From Tubiluchus corallicola (lineage: Eukaryota; Animalia; Priapulida): 64,000 bases of DNA. Position numbers and translations under genes: made by a program. The stretch is from assembly GCA_030141605.1 (NCBI GenBank), contig JAQGDQ010000418.1, positions 139,575 to 203,574 on the forward strand, in the 5' to 3' direction. This document shows positions 1-11,934 of this stretch, in pieces. The notes beneath the pieces are model-generated. The model was not told where the DNA came from. It saw only the letters and a program-made list of their open reading frames with translations, and did not search any database. Positions within the stretch are counted from its first letter, which is position 1. Each line of letters begins with the position of its first letter.

Positions 1-856
1 TCCGTTTCACTACCTCTTAGGCAAATAAATGTTTTCTTATAAGTAAACGTTCTAGCAATCTATGTGTCCTACATCGGCTAGCGAGCCATGTAGGACAGTG
101 CCCTACATGTTACAATACTACTGATAATATTAAAACTAATTATCCTTGCTTTTCTTAAATGTTAAAAAATACTTTTTGGTGTTGTGAAGGCTTAGCAGCA
201 TCTGTCTTATTTTTAAATTTGCAATTATTTCTGTAAATAATAAAATGAAGAAAGTTTCACAGAATTTTCAAAAATTTGACAAAATTACCGATTCTCGGCA
301 AAAATCGCTAGTGTCCTACTTGGGCTGCCCATGTAGGACACTACTTTTAGCGCATCAAGTGGTCTACTTGGCGCAGTGGTCCACTCGGCTCCCAACAGAC
401 GTAATTGATATGACAACCCGTATCGGATGTTTGAAGCAGGGAAGAAGATGTCAAAGTGTTTCCAGTTTTTCACAAAGTCAAAAAAGAAACGGGTGCCAAA
501 AGGACTAAACGCAAAAGTTAATTGAGTGGGTTGTTGTTTCCACGGTGTCACGTTATCTGATCCAGACAGGCACTAAGACACTGTCCATGTGCGAGACACT
601 GGGTTTAGTGGATCACACTAAAACTAGTAAAAGCATTGTTGCCTTCCTGCTTATTGTTACGGATTAATACTTAATACTAAGACAATTACAGTATTCAGAT
701 CTATAAAATGAACTTTTAATTTTAGCGCATTTAGTGATACTAATGTTGATGCATTTATATAGTATAAGTGTGATACCATAGTTACTGTGCCTAAAGCCTA
801 AAGGAGTATTTTTATTACTAAAACAACTAGATATTAAGCTGTCTGTTATACTTATA

Positions 857-1146
857 CAAGGCCGGGATTTTCCCGTAGGCAGCCTAGGCCCTCTCAAAAT
901 TTGGTAACATATGATAGAAAATCCTTTTTTCACTACGGTTGTGTTGAAATACGTACTAATTTAGTTTACAATAAATAGTTTAATACTATAATAGTGCTAT
1001 TTCTTAAAGAATACTGTTTATACACACAAAAAATAGCTATTCTAGTTTATCTAAAGAATTTAACGAGTTAAAGAGTAGTTCCATGTGAGGGAGCTCCATA
1101 ATTTCATTAGCCTAGGGCCTCCAAAAGGTCTTATTATAAGGCCCTG
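857..1146. mobile_element. Degenerate hAT-like MITE (CAGGG-type ends)
   Basis: Begins caaggccgggatt, ends aaggccctg, internal gcctagggcc motifs; no clear TSD. Confidence 0.35.
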
Positions 1147-1289
1147 TGTCTTAAGAGATACTTAAGACACTATCGTAAATTATCTTTTCTTCCAATTTCA
1201 GATTTTAAACGATAAATTCATCGTGTCACTTACACTGATGTAGGATCTCATTGCTTCAATGCGAGCTTTACTAATATTGATGCTGCAGA

Positions 1290-1434
1290 ATGTTCCGACG
1301 CCCACACTTGCTGTGCACACGACTAATGCTTCTAGGCTTGGCCATCTCCGTTATAGTTGTAATATATCTGTCGACTCAACAAGCATGTGTAAGTGACAGT
1401 GGTGAACGTCCGAGGTTGCCAAAAACCTCGCAAA
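1290..1434 (+). CDS. B4GALT7: B4GALT7 coding exon 1 (cytoplasmic tail, TM anchor, stem)
   Basis: MFRRPHLLCTRLMLLGLAISVIVVIYLSTQQAC...; ends A|gtaagt, phase 1, matching the acceptor at 2190/2191. Confidence 0.8.
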
Positions 1435-1715
1435 GTAAGTAGTACTAAATTAACCTTTTCATTGCGGAAGTTGGCACACTACGGCCTACATTTTTCATGT
1501 AAGAGACGGAAGGCGGTAAACTAGCGCCGAAGCTTAGCACTAAGCTCATTCACTCGTGTCTGTTTATTTCACTGTTATGGCATGTAAAAAGATTGTGGAA
1601 AAGTTTAACAGCTGTCAGATTTGTTTTTTTTACAACAAGTAGCGCTAACCAGCCAATCAGCGTCTGAAGTCAGGTGTATTTCACAATACTGTACTGCTTG
1701 GTACTATTCTTAGAG

Positions 1716-1750
<35 letters not shown>

Positions 1751-4700
1751 TATATCTTGTTGATGGCTGGTGAAGCATATGTTTAGTGGCTTGTTCTACA
1801 TTTCTTATAAAATTGTTGCATAATATGAATTAGTATTATGACTTCTGTGAAAATTGGTTTCTAAATATAAGTACATGTTTATTTGTGAAGGTTTGCACGT
1901 GTGTGTGTGTGTGTGCATGCGTGCATGCGTGCGTGTCTGTATACATGTGTGCACATGTGTATAAATAAAATTAACATTCAATGTTTGTGTTTAATAACAG
2001 ACGGCTCTCTGTTTTAGTAACACAGCACAAGAAGTTATTATCAATTGTGCAAAATGCAATATGGCCCAGTTGAAAAGCTGCTTAAGCAACTAGGTAGTGC
2101 AAGTGTTAAGATGTATTTACCTTGGTTTTTGATATGTTTTTCGTTTAGCTATTTTGGGTTTATAAACTGAATGATATTAACTATACATAGGTGAAACTGT
2201 TACTAAGGAGCTCACTATTGCTGCTGATAGAGGGAGGCACGCACTTGCCTTGATTGTTCCTTTTCGGGAACGGTTTGACGATCTGCTTAGATTCTTACCG
2301 TATATGACAAAGTTCCTCAACAGACAGCAAATCGTGTATCACTTCTACATTATTAACCAGGTGGACAAGTACAGGTGCTGACACACTTTGATTTTTCCTG
2401 ATTAGTATATGACCATATATTTACATTTCTGTCAATGCACTTTTTAAACAGGCATCTGTCTGAATAGAATGATGTTCCTATAGCAACGATTAAAAACTAT
2501 AAAAAACTTTGAAACATTAGAAAAGTTAAATTATTTATTTAAATGATTTTAGAATACTCAATTAACCCATTCTGTGTGTATATAACTACTATGTAGTCCT
2601 TTCTGCAGTATATTTTTGCTAGTATAGTCTTCGATTAATTTAGATAATGTAATAATAGTAATGTTTTTTCTGTTACTTTTGTGAAGTAACATGTTACCAT
2701 ATTTTGTTTACTGTAAATCAAAGGTAAATTGTTTCTAGTGTTACTTTATGTTTAAACAGAAAGGCAGTTATGTGTTTCGTCATTCTGTGGCAACCAGGGC
2801 TTCTTTTGCAACAGCGTTTTACAGAGTTAGCTAGCACCTTCGTTATTGAAGTTGCTAAATAAACGTGACTACAAAGGCTAACCTGTTTCCTGTTTACATA
2901 AAAATGAACTTCGCAACAAACAAAAACATCAACGACGATGTAAACAACCACGTACTTCTATTAAAACGATTCGATTTGTAATTTTGAACATCATCTGCTT
3001 TCACCTTCCAGCCATTAATATAAACATGAAAGAATACTATTACATTACAAAGTACATAAAGGAAGACAGGATGATTTTTTATATACTACCTCATTTTCGA
3101 GTCCAATAAAAAGTACACACTTTAACATAATTAATGCTACAAAAGCGTTTCTGATAATCAAATAATAGATTAAAATCTTAATTAACGACAGGCGAGGCCA
3201 CCTATTGATGACATCACAAACTAACAATTTTCGATGGCAAAAATATTCCACGAGCGGGTTGTACATGTTTGCGAAAGTGAAAATTGAAGTACATCATTAC
3301 TATAAGATATTCAGTGTGTTGTACTAAAACTAGGCAAGTTTTAAGATAAAAATTCAAATTTCAAATTTACTGCTGTGCGTACGCATGAACTGTCAAATGT
3401 CTGTAGTTTGTCACAAACTAACACACCTGAATTGAGAGGTACACCACCTGTTTTTTGCGCAACGCTTTCCGAAATGCAGACGCTAGTGCCCGATTTAACT
3501 GGCGCATGGCGAAATGCATATAACAGCGAAGAACTAGTGGCGCAAATGTGAAATTCTGTTTGTGTGGTAAAATGCTGTTTGTGTGGTAATAATTCTTTTA
3601 CGTAAGTCATTCTTTAAAAATTGCATGTTGCCTTTCAATATTTTAAAGAGTAGATTGTTTTAACCTACAGTTTAACATTGGGTCCGGTTTTGCTTTAAAT
3701 ACGCACTGTGTAAAGTATATGCGGCATTATTAAATTCATTTTTTTATAATTTATGGACCGCAAATTGTGCAGAATGTGCGACTGTGGTTGCATTTGACCT
3801 TCTTATTTTTATTCTACATCTTTATCGTAATTTTGTTGCAGGTTTAACAGAGCTTCCCTGATCAATGTTGGCGCCATCTACAGCAGAAACTTCTGTGATT
3901 ACATGGCAATACATGACGTCGACCTGTTACCGCTTAATCAAAATCTCAGCTATGCATATCCGTCAGAGGGGCCACTTCACTTAGTGCCAGCGCATCTGCA
4001 TCCAAAGTATTACTGGTACGAGAAGTATGCCGGTGGGGTTCTTCTGATAACCCATGAGCATTTTCAGAAGGTAGGATATCCATTTCAGCTTTCCCATCAC
4101 TATTTTTACACTGATCGAGCATCACATGATGCTTGTACCGGATGCATGACGCTAACGGACGCATTGTAGGAACATCATAGCGTCTGTTAGCGTCATGATC
4201 GTGATAGCGTTTTCTGCCATTGGGGTTATCACAAATGGCATCCGTTAGCATCATGATCGTGATAGCGTCTTTTGGCTTAGGGGTTATCACAAATAGCACC
4301 TTTTAGCGTCATGATCATGATAACATCTTCTGGCATGGGGTTATCACAAATAGCATCTGTTAGCGTCACTGATTGTGGTAGCATCTTCTGGCATGGGAGT
4401 TATCGCAAATTGTGTCTGTTAGCGTCACTGATTGTGGTAGCATCTTCTGGCATGGGAGTTATCGCAAATTGTGTCTGTTAGCGTCATGATTGTGATAGCA
4501 TGTTCTGGCATGGGAGTTATCGCAAATAGTGTCCATTAGCGTCATGATTGTGATAGCATCTTCTAGCATTGGGGTTATCACAAATAGTGTAACATCTAGA
4601 ACTGAAACATTATCACTGCTTTATTATTTGTGTTTCGCTCTCCAATTTGATTTTCAATTTTCTTTTCAACTAATCAACTAACGAAGTTCATCTCATGGTG

Positions 4701-6907
4701 AACTCTTCTTCAGTATTAATGCTTTTTAGTTTGCATTTGAAGTTTTGCATGTATGGAAAACGGGTCGCATATAGGTGTAACCTAGAATCACTGCAGTAAA
4801 CTTTTGAAACTCAGTTTGGTGCCATTAAAATTTTCATAAATTGTAGATTCATTCACCAGTTTTTCATTGTTATAGTTGTTGTAATTGCTATTGTTTTTTT
4901 AGTAAATTTTCAAAAATACTGAGGCGTTTTTGAAACTTCTGATATATTTTGTTTCACAGGTAAACGGCATGTCTAATAAATTCTGGGGATGGGGTTTAGA
5001 AGACGACGAATTCAAATTACGACTTGCGGAGGCAAAATTAAGTGTGAGTGATATTGAATTTATCATATCAACTGTACCTTTACTGGAAACTGATTTCATT
5101 GTGTTCACTAATGTGCAATTTAGTTCAATTAGCAGCCGTGACTTCGCCCTGGTCACAGTCCTCGTTGCTTCAATTTTTTGCAGACAATGATTCACCAAAG
5201 AGTTTAATACTGTTTACTATCATTTATCTTTTCAACTAATTAATAGTTTATTCTATTATTAGCCCATTATTTTTATTATTAATGTTTTTCTATGATTCAT
5301 GTGGCTGATAAGCCTATCGTAACAAATTCTCATAAAGCACACGGCAGATTCTATTTTTTTGTTTAATAAATAACAATTTCTATTACATTTCAAGTAGAAA
5401 AGTGTTTATTTACATGCATTTGATAGCAGTACAGTGACTAAGCTTGTCAGTTACTGACCAGGCTACATATGGTCAGTGATCATTATTTTTCCTTTATTTT
5501 CAAATTTTGTTTGACAGCTACGTCAGCCTGAAGGCATAATCAGTGGAAGAAACAACACTTTCATGCACTTACATGGTGACGATGACTACGACCGCGATAT
5601 GCTGAGAACAGCTGAACAGAAAAAGGTATAAATATTGAAAATTTAGTGTAGTGAACTGATACACCAAAGAGTGTTAATCTGTCAGCCTACTAGTCTCTAG
5701 GGTTGCTATGACTCTGCACTGTTGTTAAATAGCTGATCTGTTTGTGTTTGGTGTTTGCTAGTTGATTCTTATAAACATCACAAATGAATATTTTTTATCT
5801 TTGTTTTACAAATTTTATATTATAGCGGCATACTTGTTCCAAAATCTTAAAGCAGTGCGCAGCTTGCTGTAAAATAAGATGCTGCTATTAAGTACCATCT
5901 TATTGTGGACTTTTGTACTGGTTCTCTTACACAATCGTTTTGTAGTACATTGCGTTGCTAAAAATACACTGAACTGCAGATTTGGAGTTCAAGTCTGTTC
6001 ATTTTAAGATAAAATGTGCTTTTCTGTTTGGACTGGTCCAACCATAATACTTTGATAAGAGATGTGAACGATAAGAGATAACCTTTTCCAATTAGCCAAA
6101 CTTTGAAGCAGTTTGAAGTTTGCGTCACCAGAGACAGAGTGCATGAAAGACAGAGTGCATGAGTGTTTACTGAGAGACTGCCCGAAAGTCACTGCCCTTG
6201 TGTCAGCTTTTTTGTTACCTTTTTTAACAGCAAAATGCCTCACTGAATCATTAAGCTTATTTAATTAGGTGACATTCATGAGGTACAGCTTGATACGAGC
6301 AGTTACTAAGTCAATCTCCTAGTGGCGATAGTTTGCAGAAAATGAGAAGCAGGAAATACTTAAAAAACGGGAAATCAATCGCCCTATAACAACCAAAATA
6401 TATAAAAATCCAATTTCAAGTTATCTTTGTGGGAGATCAATGTTTAGTGGACCTATTTGATTGGAATTGGCAGAATTTCTTAGCAATGTGGTTCTTAATT
6501 GATTATATAGATTATGCAGACGGCGTTCTTTTTTTCTTGGTGACACAGCAAAGTAAAAGTATGGGGGTTAAGGTAAAACTTTGTTTAGATTTGTTTAAAC
6601 TTTCAGTTAACATAGATGATGAATATCAGCATTGTTTTCGTACAGTTGGGGTATTAGCCCTAACTGATGGCAACATGTTGTGGCAAAAATGTAAAGTGAT
6701 TCCAACTGTTCAACTACCTTTCAGAACAGTCGACGAGATCGGACGACTGGCTTCGATACAGTGCAGTACACGATACATTCGACTAAAAAACTTGTTGTGG
6801 AGGGTTCAGAATGCACAGTGGTTAATGTAGAACTACATTGCGACTTAAATTATACGTCGTGGTGCCAACTGCCAAATTCTGTAAAAGGTGAGAAAAATGA
6901 TTTGTAA
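1290..6907 (+). CDS. B4GALT7: Beta-1,4-galactosyltransferase 7 (xylosylprotein 4-beta-galactosyltransferase, GT7); join(1290..1434,2191..2374,3842..4070,4960..5043,5518..5625,6725..6907), 310 aa
   Basis: GT-AG exons join in phase (933 nt). Family motifs: N-terminal type II TM anchor, LALIVPFRERF, NQVDKYRFNRASLINVG, HDVDLLP (DxD), YAGG, NGMSNKFWGWGLEDDEF, FMHLH, C-terminal HCDLNYTSWC. AATAAA at ~6931. Confidence 0.95.
2191..2374 (+). CDS. B4GALT7: B4GALT7 coding exon 2
   Basis: catag|GT GAA...HALALIVPFRERFDDLLRFLPYMTKFLNRQQIVYHFYIINQVDKYR|gtgctg. Confidence 0.93.
3060..3694 (-). mobile_element. Kolobok-like non-autonomous DNA transposon, family A (in B4GALT7 intron 2)
   Basis: AG...CT termini next to (T)TAA; homologous to the copies at ~23.5, 32.4 and 44.3 kb in the opposite orientation. 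Confidence 0.6.
3842..4070 (+). CDS. B4GALT7: B4GALT7 coding exon 3 (DxD motif)
   Basis: ttgcag|G FNRASLINVGAIYSRNFCDYMAIHDVDLLPLN...YAGGVLLITHEHFQK|gtagga. Confidence 0.96.
4175..4590. repeat. ~56-bp minisatellite in B4GALT7 intron 3
   Basis: Repeated ttagcgtcatgat(c/t)gtgatagcatcttctggcatggg(a)gttatcacaaatag, about 7 units. Confidence 0.85.
4960..5043 (+). CDS. B4GALT7: B4GALT7 coding exon 4 (catalytic WGWGxEDD)
   Basis: ttcacag|VNGMSNKFWGWGLEDDEFKLRLAEAKLS|gtgagt. Confidence 0.96.
5518..5625 (+). CDS. B4GALT7: B4GALT7 coding exon 5
   Basis: ttgacag|LRQPEGIISGRNNTFMHLHGDDDYDRDMLRTAEQKK|gtata. Confidence 0.92.
6725..6907 (+). CDS. B4GALT7: B4GALT7 coding exon 6 (terminal in the short isoform)
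   Basis: ctttcag|NSRRDRTTGFDTVQYTIHSTKKLVVEGSECTVVNVELHCDLNYTSWCQLPNSVKGEKNDL*. Confidence 0.92.
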   Translation, partial: NSRRDRTTGFDTVQYTIHSTKKLVVEGSECTVVNVELHCDLNYTSWCQLPNSVKGEKNDL

Positions 6908-7722
6908 GGAAAGTGTTTGCTAATTATGGAAATAAAATTGTTTAATGCTGTCGTAAGGTTATTTCTGCATTTTATTTTTTTCATAGGAACGTATTTTTGT
7001 TTTTTGTGTGCTTAGCTTTCGTGCGTTCGTACACTCGTTTTCGAATTCTGCAAAATAAGTCAACAGTAAAAAGTAATAACAGCATAGTATTCATTGTATA
7101 GGCGTTTTTCACACAGAGCTGGACATAATTCGCAAGGCGTAAGCCTTGAGAAGAAAAGCACGCCTTGTGAAAAATGAACGCGTGCTAATAATCAATAGTC
7201 CCTGTCACACTGATAATTATAATCCATTTGCCGTGTTCCATCTGCTGCAGTTAGCCTACCATAAGCCGTCAGCCATAATCTTGCTTCTCATCAGACTTTG
7301 TGAGTGACTCATAAGGAGCCTTATTGCAAATGAATTTGACCATTAACTTCAGGCATTTTGGGTCATCTCTAACGTCGTAATTAGCATGTTTGTGGTTTTT
7401 ACAGTGCACAATTCATTTACATCATAAGAATTCATAACAGAAAGGCCTCACAAACATTAAAAAGTAATTTTTAGGAAAAACATTTCACTGATACTGAAAT
7501 TAGATACCTGTATTCCGAAAACGGATTATGGCAAAACACCTTACTATTTACACAGGGTAAGAAGCATACCATGAATTATGATATATGTCTTATGAAAGAC
7601 CGTTTATGGAAGAACCTACCTAGAATGCAGAGGTGGACGGTGTCCAGAATTGGCTCTTGGCCTTGTTGTAAACCATGTGCAGCTTAGAAATAAATTCAAG
7701 ATGGCAGACATCTGTTTTTCAG

Positions 7723-7895
7723 GTCTTCTGAAGATTCGCAAGCAGCCGTTAGAACACCAGAGAGACTGGCTTCAGATGCAGCTGCTGAATATTGAAAGGA
7801 TGATCGTTGCTAAGCAACAGAATGAGATAAATGGTGTTGCTGACGATAAAAAATCAAAAACTTTAGAATCAAATGATGCAACAAAAAGGAGCTGA
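7723..7895 (+). CDS. Candidate alternative terminal exon of B4GALT7 (C-terminal extension)
   Basis: Strong acceptor tgtttttcag|; phase 1, matching the internal donor AAA G|gtgaga at 6887/6888; open to TGA; AATAAA at ~8448. Confidence 0.5.
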
Positions 7896-9214
7896 CATCT
7901 GTGAAAGGGTTATTTTAGAAGTTAACAGTATTTTTCGTTAGGACCAGTTTGAATGTCTAGTCACCTGTGAGTGTCTTGTCCAACTTGGTTACTGTGTGTA
8001 TCATGTTTGTACTGATATTGCTAATTTTCGTGCTTTTTTTAATACATTTTGTGGCAATCATAAAGCTTGTATGTTATATTGATGGTTATAGCCATAAACT
8101 GCCACATGTTTTATTACAAGACATTGCTGGACAATGTTCTAGATGATAAGTATTTGATAGAATCGTGATTTTTAATAAGATTATCAGCTTATGAACCAAG
8201 ATTTAGCTTTACGTAGATTATGATTTGTGGTCAGTACCTTTTGTTTTTAGTTTAACTTTTCAAAAGTATTTTAGAGAGGCAATATTTTATGACATTGTAG
8301 TATGAATAGGATGCTGTCCGTGTTTAAGACCAGCATTACAAATAGTGGAATGACTCAAGTGTTTTTTAAAGTAGCATTGTATTAAGTTAATTATTTAGTA
8401 CTTCTATGCTTGCATTTCTGTCTGATAAACACACGAAAGCAATACTATAATAAAAAGTCTGAAAAATTTTGTAATTTTTTCTATAATTTTTACTATTGCA
8501 AACAACAAAATTTGCTGATGTCGAAAACAAAGTGATAAATATTCACTAATTGTTTGGACATGATGGGGATAGTTAGACTGGTGCTGAAATTTTGCCTCAG
8601 ATTTAAAGGAACCTAATATTTATTTTCAAACCCAAATAAATATGAAATTACTGTTGCTACTTTCTGCATTGTTACAATGTGTAAATGAAGAAACCAAGAA
8701 CAAGGTAATACGTGCATAAATATGACTGATATTTCACATTCCAAAATTTACAATGTTTACATGAGATGATTTATGTTAGTAAATTATATTAGTAAAGTAT
8801 AGATATTTTGGCTTAAGCTGCATCAAAATGGTAAACAGCTTACATAAGTTTTAGGTATATAAATTAATTCATGGCACGATGATAAAAATGGACAAAATAG
8901 TTTTTACATTATAAAAAAAACATTTGTGATATAGTATAACTCAATCATACCTTTATACTAAGACTACGGAATATGCTTGATAAAAAACTTCTGGAAATAA
9001 CATAGCACTAGGCAACCCTCTATGTTAAGTCATCTCAATACAGATTGCCCAGAAAATATGTAGACATCTTCTTCTTCGTCGTCATAATGCTTTAATTTCA
9101 TCAAATTGAAAGCTCTAATGCATGGCTGTGCTCTCAGCTTGTGGATGTTGTGCTAGCATGAAAGTTCATCCACTGCAAATAAAAAACAGTTTACAGTGAT
9201 GCATAATAAAAGAG

Positions 9215-9530
9215 GTAGTAATATCCCCAAGCTCCTCAGGGTAGGGGCGCCACACCCTACACTGCATTCAGCATGCGGTGGAATACCTTAATCCAGTTTA
9301 GATCGAGTGAATAAGTTGAGAGTGCCAAGCTGGACTGTTGACTCTGGAAGGTGTTTCCATTCCCTTGCTGGTAAAAACAGTATATGTGATAATTGCAAGA
9401 AGAATATGGTATGTTGTATGCAAATGAAATTTCCGTACGTGAAGGAATAGTGTGGCATTGTGGCTGGAGAGGCATGTCGGCAGCTATCAGGTGGTTGTGA
9501 ATTTTTGTAGAACATGACGAACCTAGCCAT
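9215..9530 (-). mobile_element. 3' end relic of a CR1/L2-type LINE
   Basis: Minus-strand ILFLPAREWKHLPESTVQLGTLNLF resembles the ORF2 C-terminal SFFPRTIREWNxLP motif; followed by a 3' UTR-like segment. Confidence 0.5.
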
Positions 9531-10209
9531 CTAGCGTCGCTTGGCTAGTGGGCACCAATGAAGCTGTGACGTCATGGCAGTCACACTTGATGTTATCCTA
9601 TAGTGGTTCAAGGTAAACCTTACAGCACTTCTCTGAACTTATTCCAACTTTGTTACTAAACCGACATTAAAAGAAGCCTATTTGGAACGAGTATAGACAC
9701 GTTTGCCTTTTTATTTTTATGGATTAGTGTAATTATGACTTTGATTAATTGCCACTAGTACAACGTTAATGTTACTAACATCTAATTAGAGATGACTGAT
9801 TGGGTGACCGTATGCTCTTTCCCTCACCTCGGCTCATATCTGTATTATATGCACTAACCGTGACTAACAGAACCAGAGGCAGATTAATCATTAGGCTAAT
9901 TAGGTGATAGCCTTAGGCCCTAACACACACACACACACTGTATGAGTTTGTATTTTTAGTGGATAGATGGGGCTAGCGGGTGGAGAGCGTTAAACAATAA
10001 TCAACTGATAGTCGAATACACATGTGAACAACAAGTAATGACTACTGTATTTACAAAATCCATCGCTTTATCATATGTGTAGTCTACGTTTTAAATAAAA
10101 GCGAAGTTAAAACACTTCATGTATGCTGTATAGTGTTTATCAATTATTGGTATGCACTTTTGAATTAAAGGTGAGATGACACGTTTTATAAACTATTGAG
10201 TTTCCTTGA

Positions 10210-10362
10210 GGAAGTGGCTTCTAGAAGGCAGAGAAGTGGTCCAAAAATACAGCAAAATGTATTGTTGTCCGCGTGGACTCGCTGGGGAGCTTACATCGTT
10301 CCGCCAGACCCCCTAACTTTTCTGTTGCGCCCACCGTTGTTCTGAACCTGTATCCGCCCCTG
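10210..10362 (+). mobile_element. End of a hAT-like MITE
   Basis: gctggggagcttacatcgttccgccagaccccct...tatccgcccctg, resembling CAGGGGCGGAT-type TIRs. Confidence 0.45.
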
Positions 10363-10872
10363 TTGTTGTTGTTGTCGTTGTTGGCATCCTTCTGTCTCGG
10401 AAGACAATGGAGTGTGCGCCAAGAGAGTCAGTTGTTGATTACATTGATGGAGCTGCAGCGTCGACTGTGGCTGAGCAGTCAGATCCTTGAACCACTGGAG
10501 TGGCCTCTCCAGGGCACACGCCTGGGCAAGGTGTATGGAGATCCTGAGTTGCTCAGAGAACAGGAACCCTCTCTCTTCCTCCCTGGTGTAGTTCAAAGGA
10601 AAGCGGAGCGATACGTTTGGCACCAGGTTGGCTGCAGGAGCTGCCGCAGTCAGTGAGCATGCTGCACTGGTCCGCCTTCGGGGCTCCTCTCCTGATTTGG
10701 AAGGTTTACTCCTCTACACATGGCCGTTGGGTCACTTGACCGCCTCCACCCTTTAGCCGTTGGCTGCTTGTGCAGCTCCTCCGCCCAGTGTCGAGATACA
10801 GTGTGGGCATCCTGTAAGCCTACAGCACCTGGTATGCCTAGGCGGTCACCCATACAAGTACTAACCAGGCCC
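10362..10872 (-). mobile_element. 5S rRNA-derived SINE (SINE3-type) with RTE-derived 3' tail, copy 1 (5'-truncated)
   Basis: 10816-10872 is the reverse complement of the 3' half of 5S rRNA with no poly-T terminator; tail encodes SRI*LLSHSRRCS (RTE ORF C-terminus) and ends GGATGCCAA(CAA)n; second copy at 21 kb. Confidence 0.85.
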
Positions 10873-11364
10873 TGTATATGTATGTAAAATGTATGTATGT
10901 GCTAATGTATACTATTCATGTGAGATAAATAAACTGAAATCGAAAAAAGGTTTTTACTGATATTTTTTAAAATATCCAAAAATATCCTTTTACTCATGCC
11001 CAACTCACGCGTCAAGGTTGAGATGTTTTTTACTTACTAAATGGTTTTACAAGAATTTAATCTCCGCGACATTGAAGCCAAGAGAGCGACGCGACCTCTA
11101 CTCGTCTCCGTGTTAACACAACAGAATTAAGCCAGACAAATGCCAGCTCAACTCATTCGACATTCATCTGGTGAAATTTGAAAATGAAAATTGTTGTGTC
11201 GTTACGCCGCGCGGAGTTGTTAAACGCAATGAAAAATGGTTACCGAAAATGTTATTCTTATAATTTTATTAACTTAGACGTGTGGGAAATAATTGCGTTT
11301 GTGAGTCCGAGGTCAATAAATGACAGAATTACAATGTAGAGTTTATATGCTTTTTCACAGTTTC

Positions 11365-11550
11365 TTTGTGCGCATGCGCAGTTGCTGTTACAGGTCACAG
11401 GTTAAGTGTACCACAGCAGCGCGTCTTAACTACAACCGTCGCTTGAAATGTGTGTAAAACAAAGCCGTCTGCTGCATCAGTACAGTGTTTTCGGTTCTTT
11501 TACGTGGACTTTAATTAATCATGTATTAGTTTGTGCGTAGAGTGATTTAC
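11365..11550 (+). repeat. Dispersed repeat starting with an NRF1-type TGCGCATGCGCA site
   Basis: Diverged homologue at ~44958-45130. Confidence 0.6.
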
Positions 11551-11934
11551 TAGCAGGATCTTGTTTGGGAACAAGAAAAAATGAAGTAGATTAAGTTCTA
11601 GCTAGATGTTAAAACACGTTTAAACTGCAACTGTTACAGAAAGTATGACTATTACTATTGCGGTATAGTAGTACTGTTACTATTACAGTATAGACTATTA
11701 CAATAGCATGGGCTGCAAGGCGTTGACAAGTGTACACAAATGCGTTGTCTGGTAGACTTAACCTTTGACCTTTTCATGATCATCATTAATCGTGTAAAAG
11801 TTTATTATGAGCTATTATGAGAAAAAATGTAAAAAATGCGTTATTTATTTTGGTAAAATTTATCACTATTTCATGCTTGTTAGATTTTCACCTACCAATT
11901 GTGGAATGAGATAAAGGAGACAGATGTTAGGAGC

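Noticed and set aside
2026-2093. Possible extra B4GALT7 exon (TRSYYQLCKMQYGPVEKLLKQLG)
   Set aside because: Its start phase does not match the exon 1 donor; exon 1 joins exon 2 directly in frame
10816-10872. Functional 5S rRNA gene
   Set aside because: Truncated (copy 2 at 21437-21527 has deletions), lacks a poly-T terminator and is fused to a SINE body
10982-10991. ATATCCTTTT, U12 AT-AC donor consensus
   Set aside because: No adjoining exon or matching branch/acceptor identified; likely chance in AT-rich DNA
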